In this document: positions 41,944 to 53,829 of the stretch, piece by piece
How the letters are laid out: every line of letters starts with the position of its first letter
Numbering within the stretch: position 1 is the first letter of the stretch
Assembly (NCBI GenBank): GCA_951406725.2
Contig: OX597831.1
Location: 36,890,001 to 36,954,000, forward strand
Direction: 5' to 3'
DNA from: Octopus vulgaris
Lineage: Eukaryota
Length of the DNA stretch: 64,000 nt
Notes under the pieces: generated by a model
Told to the model about the DNA's origin: nothing
The model's database searches: none
Seen by the model: only the letters and a program-made list of their open reading frames with translations
Translations under genes and position numbers: made by a program

Positions 41944-42074
41944 ATATTATATTAAATTAGAGACAAAACCACTATTAGGCAAATCAGACAATGAAAAACT
42001 TAAGCCAATACATAAGATTAATTTATATTATTTAAATATATAACAAAATTATTAAAAAAATATAATTAATTTCA

Positions 42075-42138
42075 CACTACGATCGTTTCATGCCTGCTAA
42101 CTTCTTCAAATTTTTGAGTCGCAGTCATTCATCAGGTG
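42075..42138 (-). ncRNA. Type I hammerhead ribozyme (family C) within an AT-rich repeat at 41950-42140
   Basis: CAC-CTGATGA-ATGACTGC(loop)GCAGGCAT-GAAA-CGATCG-TA-GTG; palindromic stem III, GUA cleavage triplet. Confidence 0.7.
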
Positions 42139-42191
42139 GATATATGTATGTATATATAGCCACTACAAATTCTTTATTTTCTCTCCTTGTT

Positions 42192-42229
42192 TCTTTCTGT
42201 AGAAGAGCGTAGGCTTGAAATGTTAAAGA
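42192..42229 (+). ncRNA. Degenerate or variant hammerhead-like motif (family E)
   Basis: TCTTT-CTGTAGAA-GAGC(gtag)GCTT-GAAA-TG-TT-AAAGA. Correct stem topology, non-canonical core. Confidence 0.4.
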
Positions 42230-43170
42230 CTTTTTCACTTGCTGAGCATTATACTAATACATCTGTTTGTTGTCTACACCACCTGTCATCCTCTTTTGGT
42301 TTTTTTTTTTGTGAATTCTGCCTATATATATTCTTTATCAAGTGAAAAAACGGTATGGACGTTTTGTTTTGGTGTCTCGCTATGCCCTATACGACTATGA
42401 GGATTTACCTTCCCAATGAAACTCGTTTTTTTCTCAAACTTTTTCTCAAACCTGATATAATGTAATATATGTCTTTGGTGTGGTAATTGTACGCGGCTGA
42501 AGAAGGCTGTTGATCTACATGTTATATCAATTATGCATTGATATAAATTGTTCAATAAAGCCAGAAACATATGTACCGCAAAATCCTTTGCATCCTGTTT
42601 TTCTCTTGATAAATATATTCTATCACCTACACCACTAGCTGGCATATACAGGTGCTTACAGTTATCAAGTATTCACCCTATATATATATGTAGGCTTTGG
42701 TGTGGCTGTGTGTTAAGTAGCTTTCTTATGAACCACATGGTTCTGGGTTCAGTCCCACTGCATGGCACCTTGGGCAAGTGTCTTCTACTATAGCCTCAAG
42801 TCGAACAAAGCCTTGTGAGTGGATTTGGTAGCCGGAAACTGAAAGAAGCCTGTCGTATATATATATGTATGTGTGTATCTGTTTGTGTGTCTGTGTTTGT
42901 CCCTCCAACATTGCTTGACAAACGATGCTGGTGTGTTTATGTCCCAATAACTTAGCACTTCAGCAAAAGTGACAGATAGAATAAGTACTAGGCTTACAAA
43001 GAATAAGTCCTGGGGTCGATTTGCTCGACTAAAGATGGTGCTCCAGCATGGTCAGAGTCAAATGAATGAAACAAGTAAAAGAGTAAAGAGTAACATGACC
43101 ATCCCAAAATACAACAATAAAATAAAGTGCCCATGTAATTCTTTCTTCACAAATTTCTAAACAATCTTAG

Positions 43171-43551
43171 TTTTGTAGTAAAGATTGCTTGCCAACATAA
43201 CATAGCAGTCCTGGTTTAGGATGAATGTTGCTGTAATTTAGCCCCAGGAGACATTGTCTCCTACTGGCTAAATGTCAGGATCTGCGTCATATTTTTTAAC
43301 AAAGGAATCTAGCACCCACAGGAGCTCAGATACTGTTTTGAGGTGAGTTGGGGTGCTAGATTCCCTTGTTCAAAAATATAAGGACACAGATCGTGTTGTA
43401 TAGCCAGCTGAAGGCGATGTCTCCTGAGGCTAAATTACAGCAACATTCATCCTAAACCAGGAGTGCCATGTTACGTTGGCAAACAACCTTTACTACAAAG
43501 AACTGTTGCTGAATATCTCACGTTGTGAGATTTAAAAATAGTAATTTTCTA
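43171..43551. mobile_element. Family B fold-back derivative lacking the HHR
   Basis: ~160-bp inverted arms (43171-43328 / 43340-43500) plus the unpaired 3' extension ending ...aatagtaattttctag. Confidence 0.7.
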
Positions 43552-43924
43552 GCTTAGTTTTTTAATAAGCATGGTAATCAGTTGTTTTCCGACCTCCAAA
43601 GAGAACCACTTATTTAGGTGACTACAATAAACTTAGAACTTACAATATAAAGTGGTGTAACTCAATAAATGTCTTTTGTCTGATGCTATAATGATTCTGT
43701 TAATTAAACTCAATTATTAAAAATGGATGTGTTTAATATGTGAAAAAAAAAATGAAAGTAAATGTAAAATAATCAGTTATATTTGTAAGAAGTTTTTTTG
43801 GGGGGATTTCATCCAATTTTATAATGGTAGGGTAAAACATGAAGGACATTTATCCAGTTATAGCAGATTGTAAGTCCACATAGAGACTCTTGTATTAGCT
43901 TCATGCTGAGTGTGGTGATGACCA

Positions 43925-44186
43925 GAAAAAGGAGAAAAAGGAGCAGGGGCGAAGGAGGAGAAAAAGAGGAAGCAGAAGGAGGAGGAGGAGGTGAAGAAGA
44001 AGAAAGAAGAAGAAGAAGAAGAAGAAGAAGAAGAGGAAGGAGGAGGAGGAGAAAAGGGGTGAAGAAGAAGGAGGAGAAGGAGGAGAAGAATAGGAAGGAG
44101 GAGGAGGAGAAAAGGGAAGAAGAAGAAGAAGGAGGAGGAGGAGAAGAAGAAGAAGAAGAAGTAGAAGAAGAAGAAGAAGAAGAAGA
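43925..44186 (+). repeat. (GAA/GGA)n polypurine tract
   Basis: Direct reading. Confidence 0.95.
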
Positions 44187-44463
44187 CAACGTATTGAGTT
44201 GCTGTTCAAAGTGCCAAAATAGAATTATGGAAATATTTCATTCTGACAGAATTAATCTACAAAGTGTACAGGACAGCCAGCTTTCACTAGAAAAAGGCAT
44301 GTTGCTTAGCAACATGTGCTATGCTTTTGCCAAATGTTTTAGATGCTTGTTTTTGTCAGATGCAAATGTGGAGACCCTCTCAGGCCCCTCGTGCTTGCTC
44401 CAACTGAATATTTCATATGTAAGACAGAGAGAGAGAGAAAGGGAGAACTTCACTAGCACCCGG

Positions 44464-45160
44464 GTGGTGTTCATTGCAGCTGAGTTGACCAGAGTGTCAT
44501 AAAATGAAGTACCTTGTTCAAGGAAACAGTGCCACCAAATCTAGGAATTGAACCCACAACTTTGTGATTAGGAAGTGAGCACTCCTAACTATTAAACTAC
44601 ATGTCCCCACTCACCAAATATAATCTAATAGTAAATGGTATTTGGTTTTATCTATGTTGTGTTCCCTATAATTACATTTTTGATGCTTACCCATTCAGCC
44701 CCTTACAAATCCCCTCTTTTTACCACAATTAAGACTCATAGGAGATAGAAATATATTTTTTATCAGTTAAAAATGACTATTAAAAGGAAAAAAAATGGGA
44801 ATTTAACTTTGTGGTGTTCATTGCAGCTGAGTTGATCAGAGTGTCATAAAATGAAGTACCTTGTTCAAGGGAACAGTGTGCTACCAAATCTCAGAATTGA
44901 ACCCACAACTTCGTGATTAGGAAGTGAGCACTCCTAACTATTAAACTACATGTCCCCACTCACCAAATATAATCTAATAGTAAATGGTATTTGGTGTTAT
45001 CTATGTTATGTTCCCTATAATTACATTTTTGATGCTTACCCATTCAGCCCCTTACAAAACCCCTCTTTTTACCGCAATTAAGACTCATAGGAGATAGAAA
45101 TATATTTTTTATCAGTTAAAAATGACTATTAAAAGGAAAAAAAATGGGAATTTAGCTTTG
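44464..45160 (+). repeat. ~350-bp tandem duplication
   Basis: 44464-44810 is nearly identical to 44811-45160. Confidence 0.9.
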
Positions 45161-45325
45161 TGAGTGATATGCGTTAACTGTCACAATCTCTCCATACCAA
45201 CGTGATATTGTGCTAAGTGTTGGAAGACAATCTTTACACTTAATTCTACCCCCACCACACATTATCTAGCATATTTTGCTGACTGCTTCGTGCTTGATCA
45301 AAATAAACTGAGAGCCGCCGCTCAC

Positions 45326-45407
45326 CAAAACCATAGCCATAACAAACAACAGTAGCAATAAGAACAACAATAGCGATGATGGCTTCAGCAACAGTTTTAG
45401 CCAACAT
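45326..45407 (-). CDS. Putative first coding exon of a secreted or membrane protein (signal peptide MLAKTVAEAIIAIVVLIATVVCYGYGF-G), followed by a phase-1 intron
   Basis: ATG at 45407 with an in-frame TGA two codons upstream. 27 codons with a Lys near the N-terminus and a long hydrophobic core, then G|GTGAGC donor. Lies in a SINE-free, locally CpG-retaining stretch (~45170-46300). Downstream exons not identified. Confidence 0.6.
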
Positions 45408-46315
45408 AAATCATTGCAATAAATGAATTATTTATCGCAGAGAGAAGACTTCCATTGAAACTACGGCGTCAAACATGACAAAACATCACAAGGAAAAAGC
45501 ATATGTTAGCAAGTTATTTGCACTCTGTTTCCAAACTCATTATCTGGGGTTTTTTGTTGGTGTTGTTGTTGTCTTTTCACCCAGTCGAGATAATAACGGA
45601 TCTTTTATTCATATTTATCAAGTCATTTAGATATTGACTTTGTAATTATTTCTGAGTGGCATAGAGTGAAGTCATTTCCATTTTTATTGATTACCTTATC
45701 ATAATCTTTCTCTGTCTTTATCTCCCCCCTCTCTCTCTCTCTCTCGCCCTTCTGTCTGTCCGTCTGTCTTTCTCTCTCTCTCTATCTCTCTCTCTCACTC
45801 TCTCTCTCTCTATCTCTTTATCTCTTACCTTCGCTACTGTCATTTTCATTCTAATGTGCTAGCATTTATTCCCATGAAAATGTTATTTAAAAGATATTGA
45901 TGAGATGAAAGAAAAAAAAAAATCAAAACTAAAATATATACAAAAGAATAATATAATCATGGTTTATAAGCTTTTTTTGTTTGTTTTTCATTTCACTTTT
46001 TTTTTTGTTCTTGTTTTTTTTTTAGGAGGAGAAATAGAGATATCCAGCATATGAGGATTGGAAAGCAAACAATTCTCATAATTATAGTTCTACCGAGATT
46101 GAATACCAAAAAAAAAAAAGATATATATATATATATAAATATAAAAAAGAAACAAATAGGACGTATGGGCTAATATATAAACAAAGTTGCCGGAAGTTAC
46201 TAGCAAACACAACATGCCAAAAATAATAGCATTTTTAGACACGGTACGCATTAAGCATTATCTGTTTACACATGTGCAATTCCGATAAACATATCTTAAA
46301 AAATAAGAAAAAACC

Positions 46316-46488
<173 letters not shown>

Positions 46489-47077
46489 CCCAACATAGCC
46501 ACAGGTGAATGCCTGCAAGTTGTAAAAGAATAATGAAAAGAGACTTATGAGACATAACCAGCTGAAATTGATTCTGTGGGCGAGTTATTTGAATGATTGA
46601 GGTCTCAAGGTGAATTTTGTTTTTTTTGTAAATGATTTGGGTATGTTGTCAATTCAGTTGAGTAAATGTCTGGAAGTTATATCATGGTAAATTGCAGGGA
46701 TGAAAGAGAAGGTAAACTACACATGAATTGGACTTAGAAAAGTTATGTTATGAGCTACCGGTCAACTGTTTAGAAATAAAATATTACAAATATGTTAACT
46801 CTTTTGTGACCATCTAATAGTAATAAGTGTTAACATGTCGATATGCAATAAATGTAACTGAAAGCTTCTTGTCTGCTGCATTCCCTAACTGAGTGGGTAA
46901 TAAATTTGCACAGCTCTGAAGATCAATGGTTGAACTAACTTGCCTGCCACCTCAGCTACTTACTCTGAAGATATGAAATAAGATACAAGTGATTGAGGTG
47001 ATTGAAAAGGAAGATATAAAGAGCTTGAGGGAGAAGCCTCCAGAGGCAGACAATCTTATAAAAAACAGAAAAAAGAC

Positions 47078-47112
<35 letters not shown>

Positions 47113-47353
47113 GATATTTACATGTATATAAATAAGGAACATAAGACAAGGTAGAAAATGCTCAAATAATTTTATCATGAAGAACATTTTTAGTAATGGT
47201 TTCAATCTTTGTGACTTTTCAAATTAGAGTAAAGCATGAAAAACAATTAAATTGTGGAAGAATTAAATTAAATGTTTTTTAAAAATATTTCCATAGTTTT
47301 TAAATGCAGGGGATATTTTCCTTTTTTCTCTCTGTCTCTCCCTTTTACTCATG

Positions 47354-47475
<122 letters not shown>

Positions 47476-49170
47476 GTACATATATATATATGTACACACA
47501 CACACACACACACATATATATATTCACACATGCACACACAGGTGTGGCTGTGTGGTAAGAAGCTTTCTTCTTGGCCGTCTAGTCCCAGGGTCAATTCAAC
47601 TGCTTGGCACCTTGGGCAAGTGTCTTCTACTATAGCTTCGGATTTTCCAAAGCTTTGTAAGTGGATTTGGTAGATGGAAACTGATAGAAGCCCATTGTAT
47701 TATACATACAGATCTGTGTGTGTGTGTGTGTGTCTGTATGTGTCTTTTTGTTTGTGTTTCTTCTCCATTACTTACTGACAACCAGTGTTGGTGTGTTTAT
47801 ATCCCCCATAACATAGTTGTTCTACAAAAGAGAGCAACTGAATAAGCATCAAGCTTTAAAGAAACAAAATAAGTACTGGTGGGGGGGAGCGATCTACTTG
47901 ACTAAAACTTCTTCTAGGCAGTGCTCCAGCATGGCCACAGTCTAACAACAAAAACGAGTGAAAGACCAAGGGAGTAAGGACCTAAAGAGATGTGGCTTAG
48001 AGTGTAGGGTCTTGGGGTCATGATCATAATGTTGCGATTACAGTTACTTGACTGTATGCATCTGTGTATACCTTTGAGACACATACATAACAAAATAAAC
48101 TTGGTTCCTTTTGGAAAGAAGACAACATAGGTTAGAGACATCTGTATAGTGTTGCAGGAGAAAAAACAAATCCTTGAGAGTTGGCGCTACAATACGAATT
48201 CATCCAGTACATTCTGTAATATGGATGTAGATAGGAAGATCTACCAGTTTTTGAGGAAATTCAAAATTGAAAAGTATGAGATGCATGGGATCCTAAGTTT
48301 TGTTTGTTGCATTATGAATTTCCTTTATGACAAGGTCATATTTTATGTTTTCTAGGAGAGAGAGATGATAATAGAGTAAGCAATAAAAGAGACAAAGGAT
48401 GATTCTGCAAAGAAACAAAATTACATCAGAATACATGCAGAACTACAAGTGAAAATATTGTTAAAAGATGCAACAGTTTTTTATATTGCTTTTATGGCTT
48501 TTAATGTACACAAATATATACACATGCATACTTGCATATAAAACATACCTACATGTATATTTATATACTCACATACACGCACATATACACACAAATATAT
48601 AAATATATGTTTGTATACATGTATGTATATATATATATATATATATATATAAATTTATATAAATAAGGATGAGATTGTTATTTAAAATACTGATCATATC
48701 AAGTGGCTAGCATGGGAATAAAAGCCTCATAGTAATAATTATTATTAAAATAATATTTAAGGGTATCTAAAGGATATCGCAGTCAAATATTCATACAGCA
48801 CCAGGGGAGAAGACAAATATTCATATAGCACCAGGGGAGAAGACAAAGAGACAAAATAAACTAGCAAAGAATTATTGGATAATTCTAGATTCCGGATTTC
48901 TGACTTTACATAAGAAATGCTTTGCCTCATCAGTGTAATATACACAAATTTTGATAATATGTATACATATAGGTGTAGGAGTGGCTGTGTGGTAAGTACC
49001 TTGCTTACCAACCACATTGTTCCAGGTTCACTCCCACTGCGCGGCACCTTGAGCAAGTGTCTTCTACTATAGCCTTGGGTTAACAAAAGCCTTGTGAGTA
49101 GATTTAGTAGAAAGAATTTGAAAGAAGCCCATCGTATATATGTATATATATAAAAAAAAAATATATATAA

Positions 49171-49201
<31 letters not shown>

Positions 49202-49551
49202 TGTATGTATGTATGTGTGTGTATTTGTTTGTGTGTCTGTGTTTGTCCCCCCAGCATCACTTGACAACTGATGCTGCTGTGTTTATGTCCCTGTAACTTA
49301 GCAGTTCAGTGAAAGAGAACAACAGAATAAGTATGAGGCTTACAAAGAATAAGTCCTGGCGGCGATTTGGTCGACTAAAAGGCGGTGCTCCAGCATGGCC
49401 ACAGTCAAATGACTGAAACAAATAAAAGAGTAAAAGAGTATATGTGTAGGTATGCTTTGTAAGTAAGTATGCATGTATATGTATTTGTGTACATTAAATG
49501 CTGTAAAAGTTATATAAAGATCTTTGCATCTTTTAACAATATATATATATA

Positions 49552-49636
<85 letters not shown>

Positions 49637-50002
49637 AGATAAAGCAGCGAACATTACTATATGTACAAGTAAGAATTCTTTTGTTTCTGCATATATGTGT
49701 TTGAATTTAAGGTTGTGAATCTTTAGAATTCCTGACACTGCATGGGCAAATTTTATGCAAATTATGCAAATTATCCACCAATTTGATTTAGATCTGACAT
49801 ATTTAATAACAGAATTCTTTGGTTGTAATAAGTATTTACCATAGTCTTTTCTATTTTGGGTTTCTTGATTTCTTACATTTTACAAAAAAAATGTAACAAC
49901 ACTTTTTATTTGGAAAAGTTTACAAAAAAATGTTATTTGCTTTTTTGTTGTATTCAGATGTGCATGGGAATACACAAATATTATATATATATAGATATAT
50001 AC

Positions 50003-50084
<82 letters not shown>

Positions 50085-50472
50085 CACATATGTATATATG
50101 CACATACATATGTGTGTGTGTGTGTGTGTAAGACAATGTTTAACTACAGATTTGAATGGTTTGTTTAACAGAGATGAGAGGAGCAGTGGTAGGTATGTAT
50201 AAATACCCTATGGTGTCTGGTTTCTGTCTTTTCTGATTTTAACTTAAAATTTTGATGGAGTGAATTTTATTTTTATTCTCTTCTACATGAGTTGTTCAAT
50301 AAAATAAATGCCAAAAAGAAACTTATGCATACATAAATGATTGTACACACATGCACACACACACACACATATGTATTCTTTTATTCTTTACACGTTTCAG
50401 TCATTGGACTGTGGCCATGCTGGAACACCACCTTAAAGGGCTTTTTCAGTCAAAGAGGTCGACCCTAGGACT

Positions 50473-50639
50473 TAGTATATTTTACAGTGTATAAAGAACC
50501 CCCTAATTTGGAGGGCTTAAAATTTGGAAGAAGCGTTTTGTAAGGGATTATAATACTATACATGTATAAGAAACTCCCATAATTACTTTAACCTAATTTT
50601 TACCAAAAACGGGTTCCTTACACATGTTAAAATATAGTA
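50473..50639. mobile_element. TA-targeting MITE (Tc2/pogo-like) nested in a SINE
   Basis: Interrupts SINE sequence ggact-TA-ttctttg with TA duplicated; degenerate TIRs tatattttacagtgtataa / ttacacatgttaaaatata. Confidence 0.7.
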
Positions 50640-52357
50640 TTCTTTGTAAGCCTAGTACTTATTCTATGAGTCACTTTTGCCAAACTGCTTAGTTACAGGG
50701 GACATAAACACACCAACTCTGGTTGGCAAGCGATGGTGGTGGCACAAGTGCAGACACAGACAGACATGCACACACACACACACAAATATATATATACAAT
50801 GGGGTTCTTTCAGTTTCCATCTAAAAAATCCATCTAGAAATCTTTTGTCAGCTTGAGGATATAGTAGAACACACTTGCCCAACACATCACGCTGTAGGAC
50901 AGAACCTGGAACCATGTGGTTAGGAATATATATATATATATATAGGTGCAGGGGTGGCTGTGTGGTAAGAATCCCGGATGCCCTCTGAATGGCCTCTGCA
51001 GATAGCTGTGGAGGTCATAACGTTGCACCTGTTTATGATGCTGGACAGACTAAAAGAGGAATATCGCTCGTGGCTGTGTAACACCAACTCAGACCCCGCC
51101 GTGATTTTAAATGAAGCATGGGTTATATTAAGGGTGTATGTATCTGTGGAGTGCTCAGCCACTTGCATGTTAATTTCATGAGCAGACTGTTCCATTGATC
51201 GGATCAACTGGAACACTCATCATAACCAACAGAGTGCCATGTATTTTACTTGAACAAAGTGAAAAACTGACTTCAATTTGAACTCAGAACATAAAGCTAT
51301 GTGGTTAAATAACTTCAGTTCATTTTATCTGCCTGTTTGTCATTTCTGCTATATGCCACTCTAATGAAATTACAACATCATAAAACTTTATGGCTAATAA
51401 TTATTTTTCTCTCACTAAAATCAAGATTAAAATTACATGTGTCTGCATAACAAATGGTATCTGGCCGTTAAGCTTTAGCCACCCTCTGTTATTTAAGGAA
51501 AGACTCAATGATATTGGTCAGTGTGTGTAAGAGTGATGCATATACTCGTATAATCATGCACATTGAATTGGATGTTGTTTGCTGGAGATTATTTTAATTT
51601 CAATTGATTAAAATCATCGTTAAATATCAGATGGGGAAAGATCAGGAAATGCAGAGGTCAGACCTGATAAAGTTAACTTCAAAGACAAAAAAAAATGAAA
51701 AGAGAAGAGGAAAAAAAAAAATGACACCGAGCTGAAACACATGGAGAGAACACTGATTGCAGCTCTCAGATATTTTCTATTCATGTTTGGATGGAAAAAT
51801 GGCAATGGAAATGATGATCATCATCAAGATACAAATATTGACCTTGTTTTCATTTATTTAACAAGCTCATATAAAAAAAAAAAAATAATTTTTAAACGGT
51901 TTTTATAATGAAAATATCAACATTGAAGTAAAAAAATTTCATTTTACCAAAGATAGACTTAATGAATTCCAACAAAAGCAAGAAAATTCAGATTTCTCAG
52001 GATGAGTTTTACAGGAGGCTAACATTGTTATGTTCTTCAGCTCAAAATATGACGGTTGCTTACACTAACTCCTTCTCCTCTCCTTTGCCTTCTTCTTCCC
52101 ATGGGCTTTAACAATTTCCCTAAGTTCCTAAAACCCAGTTTCATCACTGAGGTATGGCCTGTTACTACATGTCAGTAATTTTCTACCCTCATCATCATTC
52201 AACATTTGTGTTTTATACTGGCTTGGGTTGGACAGTGCAATAGGATCTGATGAGCCAGAGGACTGGTTTGAGCTCTGTAATCTGCCACTACATGGTTTCT
52301 AAGAACTTTTGCAATAAATCTGTTTTATTTTCTTATTGCTAGTAAGGCTGTCCTTTT

Positions 52358-52524
52358 TATATTATTTACATTTGATGGATATTTATCCTCATCTTTGTTG
52401 TTAACACAATGTTTCGGTTGATATACCCTCCAGCCTTCATCAGGGCATATGGTGTAGTGGTTAAGAGTACGGGCTACTAACTCCAAGATTCTGAGTTTGA
52501 TTCCAGGCAGTGACCTGAATAAGG

Positions 52525-52578
<54 letters not shown>

Positions 52579-52762
52579 TCGAAAAATACCTTAGGAATGA
52601 GAACTCAGGTTTGAAATTTCCTCAAGACACCTGATGAAGGCTGGAGGGTATATCAGCCGAAACATATGTTAACAATAAAAAGGATGAGGACAAATACCCA
52701 TCAAATGTAAATAATATAAATAATGCAAATAATGTACATAATTCCTGATCTCTTAAATATAG
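52358..52762 (+). mobile_element. Family A element: inverted partial tail + tRNA-like head + (AAT)n + hammerhead-containing tail
   Basis: Head at 52443-52516 with A box TGGTGTAGTGG and B box GAGTTTGATTCC, then (AAT)n, then tail with CTGATGA at 52631 and GAAA at 52659. Inverted tail copy at 52358-52444. Flanks AGGCTGTCCTTTT / AGGTTGTCATTTT. Confidence 0.8.
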
Positions 52763-53452
52763 AGGTTGTCATTTTGCCAATGTGAAATAAATACCAAATC
52801 CTTTAGTTATATATATGATGAAAATCACTGCTTTCAGTGGGAGGAAAACAAATTTAATTGCTTTCTAATGGAATAAGGTAAAATCCACACATCCAAGGAA
52901 ATTAGCGATGTGAGGCCTTAGAGATATTTAGTGTTTGGGATAGCTTTTAGAATGAGAGTTGGGTAAATTCAAATGCTGTGAGGTGTGAAAAATTTTTTAT
53001 TTCACCTTTTGACTTTTTTGTCAGGCAGTGAGGAAGTGTTGATGTCACATAGGTTGAGAAAGTGTTGTGAAGGAGAAAGCATTGATGTCACATAGGTTGT
53101 GAACTAGAATTTTTTTTTTATAACCCAAGTGACAAAACCACGTTCTGCCTCCTGCTTGCTCACTTTCAGATCGAGAGTAAAGTATGCTCAACTTTATCAC
53201 ACTTCTTAAGGGAGTAGAAGAAATAAATCATATGTTGCTACCACTTAACACTGGCTCAGGCTTGATCAAGAAGACTTGTGATCAGACACAGTCCATCCAT
53301 TGTGGAATTTGTAATCGAAGACATTGGTGGGCTCTCTCTCTCTCCCCCTCCATCCCTCCCCTCCCCTCCCCTCAATCCCTCAAACCCCCTCAATCCCCCC
53401 CTGTACCCCTTCCCTCATCCACCCCCTCTCTCTCTATCTATCTAGCTATTTC

Positions 53453-53501
<49 letters not shown>

Positions 53502-53524
53502 CATGCATTTATCTTAAGGTCTTT

Positions 53525-53597
53525 TTATTTAAGAGATGAGAAATTATGTACATTATTTACATTTGATGGATATTTGTCCTCATCTTGTTTCTTGTGG

Positions 53598-53654
<57 letters not shown>

Positions 53655-53829
53655 TGATGATGATGATGATGATGATAATAACATCAAAAAATGCCTCAGG
53701 AATGAGAACCCAAGTTTGAAATTTCCCCAAGACACCTGATAAAGCCTGGAGGGTATATCAGCCGAAACATATGTTAACAACAAACAAGATGAAGACAAAT
53801 ATCCGGCAAATGTAAATAATATAAATAGT
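53525..53829 (+). mobile_element. Family A element, head-truncated, with inverted partial tail
   Basis: Inverted tail at ~53525-53595, then cctgaat(AAT)n(GAT)n and a tail with mutated HHR core. Direct repeat GTCTTTTTATTTA at 53519-53531 and 53830-53842. Confidence 0.75.

Noticed and set aside
43500-43551. Helitron-like 3' end (hairpin ATCTCAC-gtt-GTGAGAT, then CTAG)
   Set aside because: No 5' TC end or A|T insertion site is evident, and the family's hammerheads and variable inversions fit Penelope-like elements better. Not fully excluded.
43903-44502. 199-aa Glu/Arg-rich ORF
   Set aside because: Mostly a GAA/GGA tract that lacks stops by composition; no domain recognised.
52443-52516. Functional tRNA genes at SINE heads
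   Set aside because: A/B boxes are present, but acceptor stems do not pair properly and each head continues into a repeat body.
53335-53430. C-rich tract with G-quadruplex potential on the minus strand
   Set aside because: Low-complexity extension of a CT microsatellite; no evidence of function.
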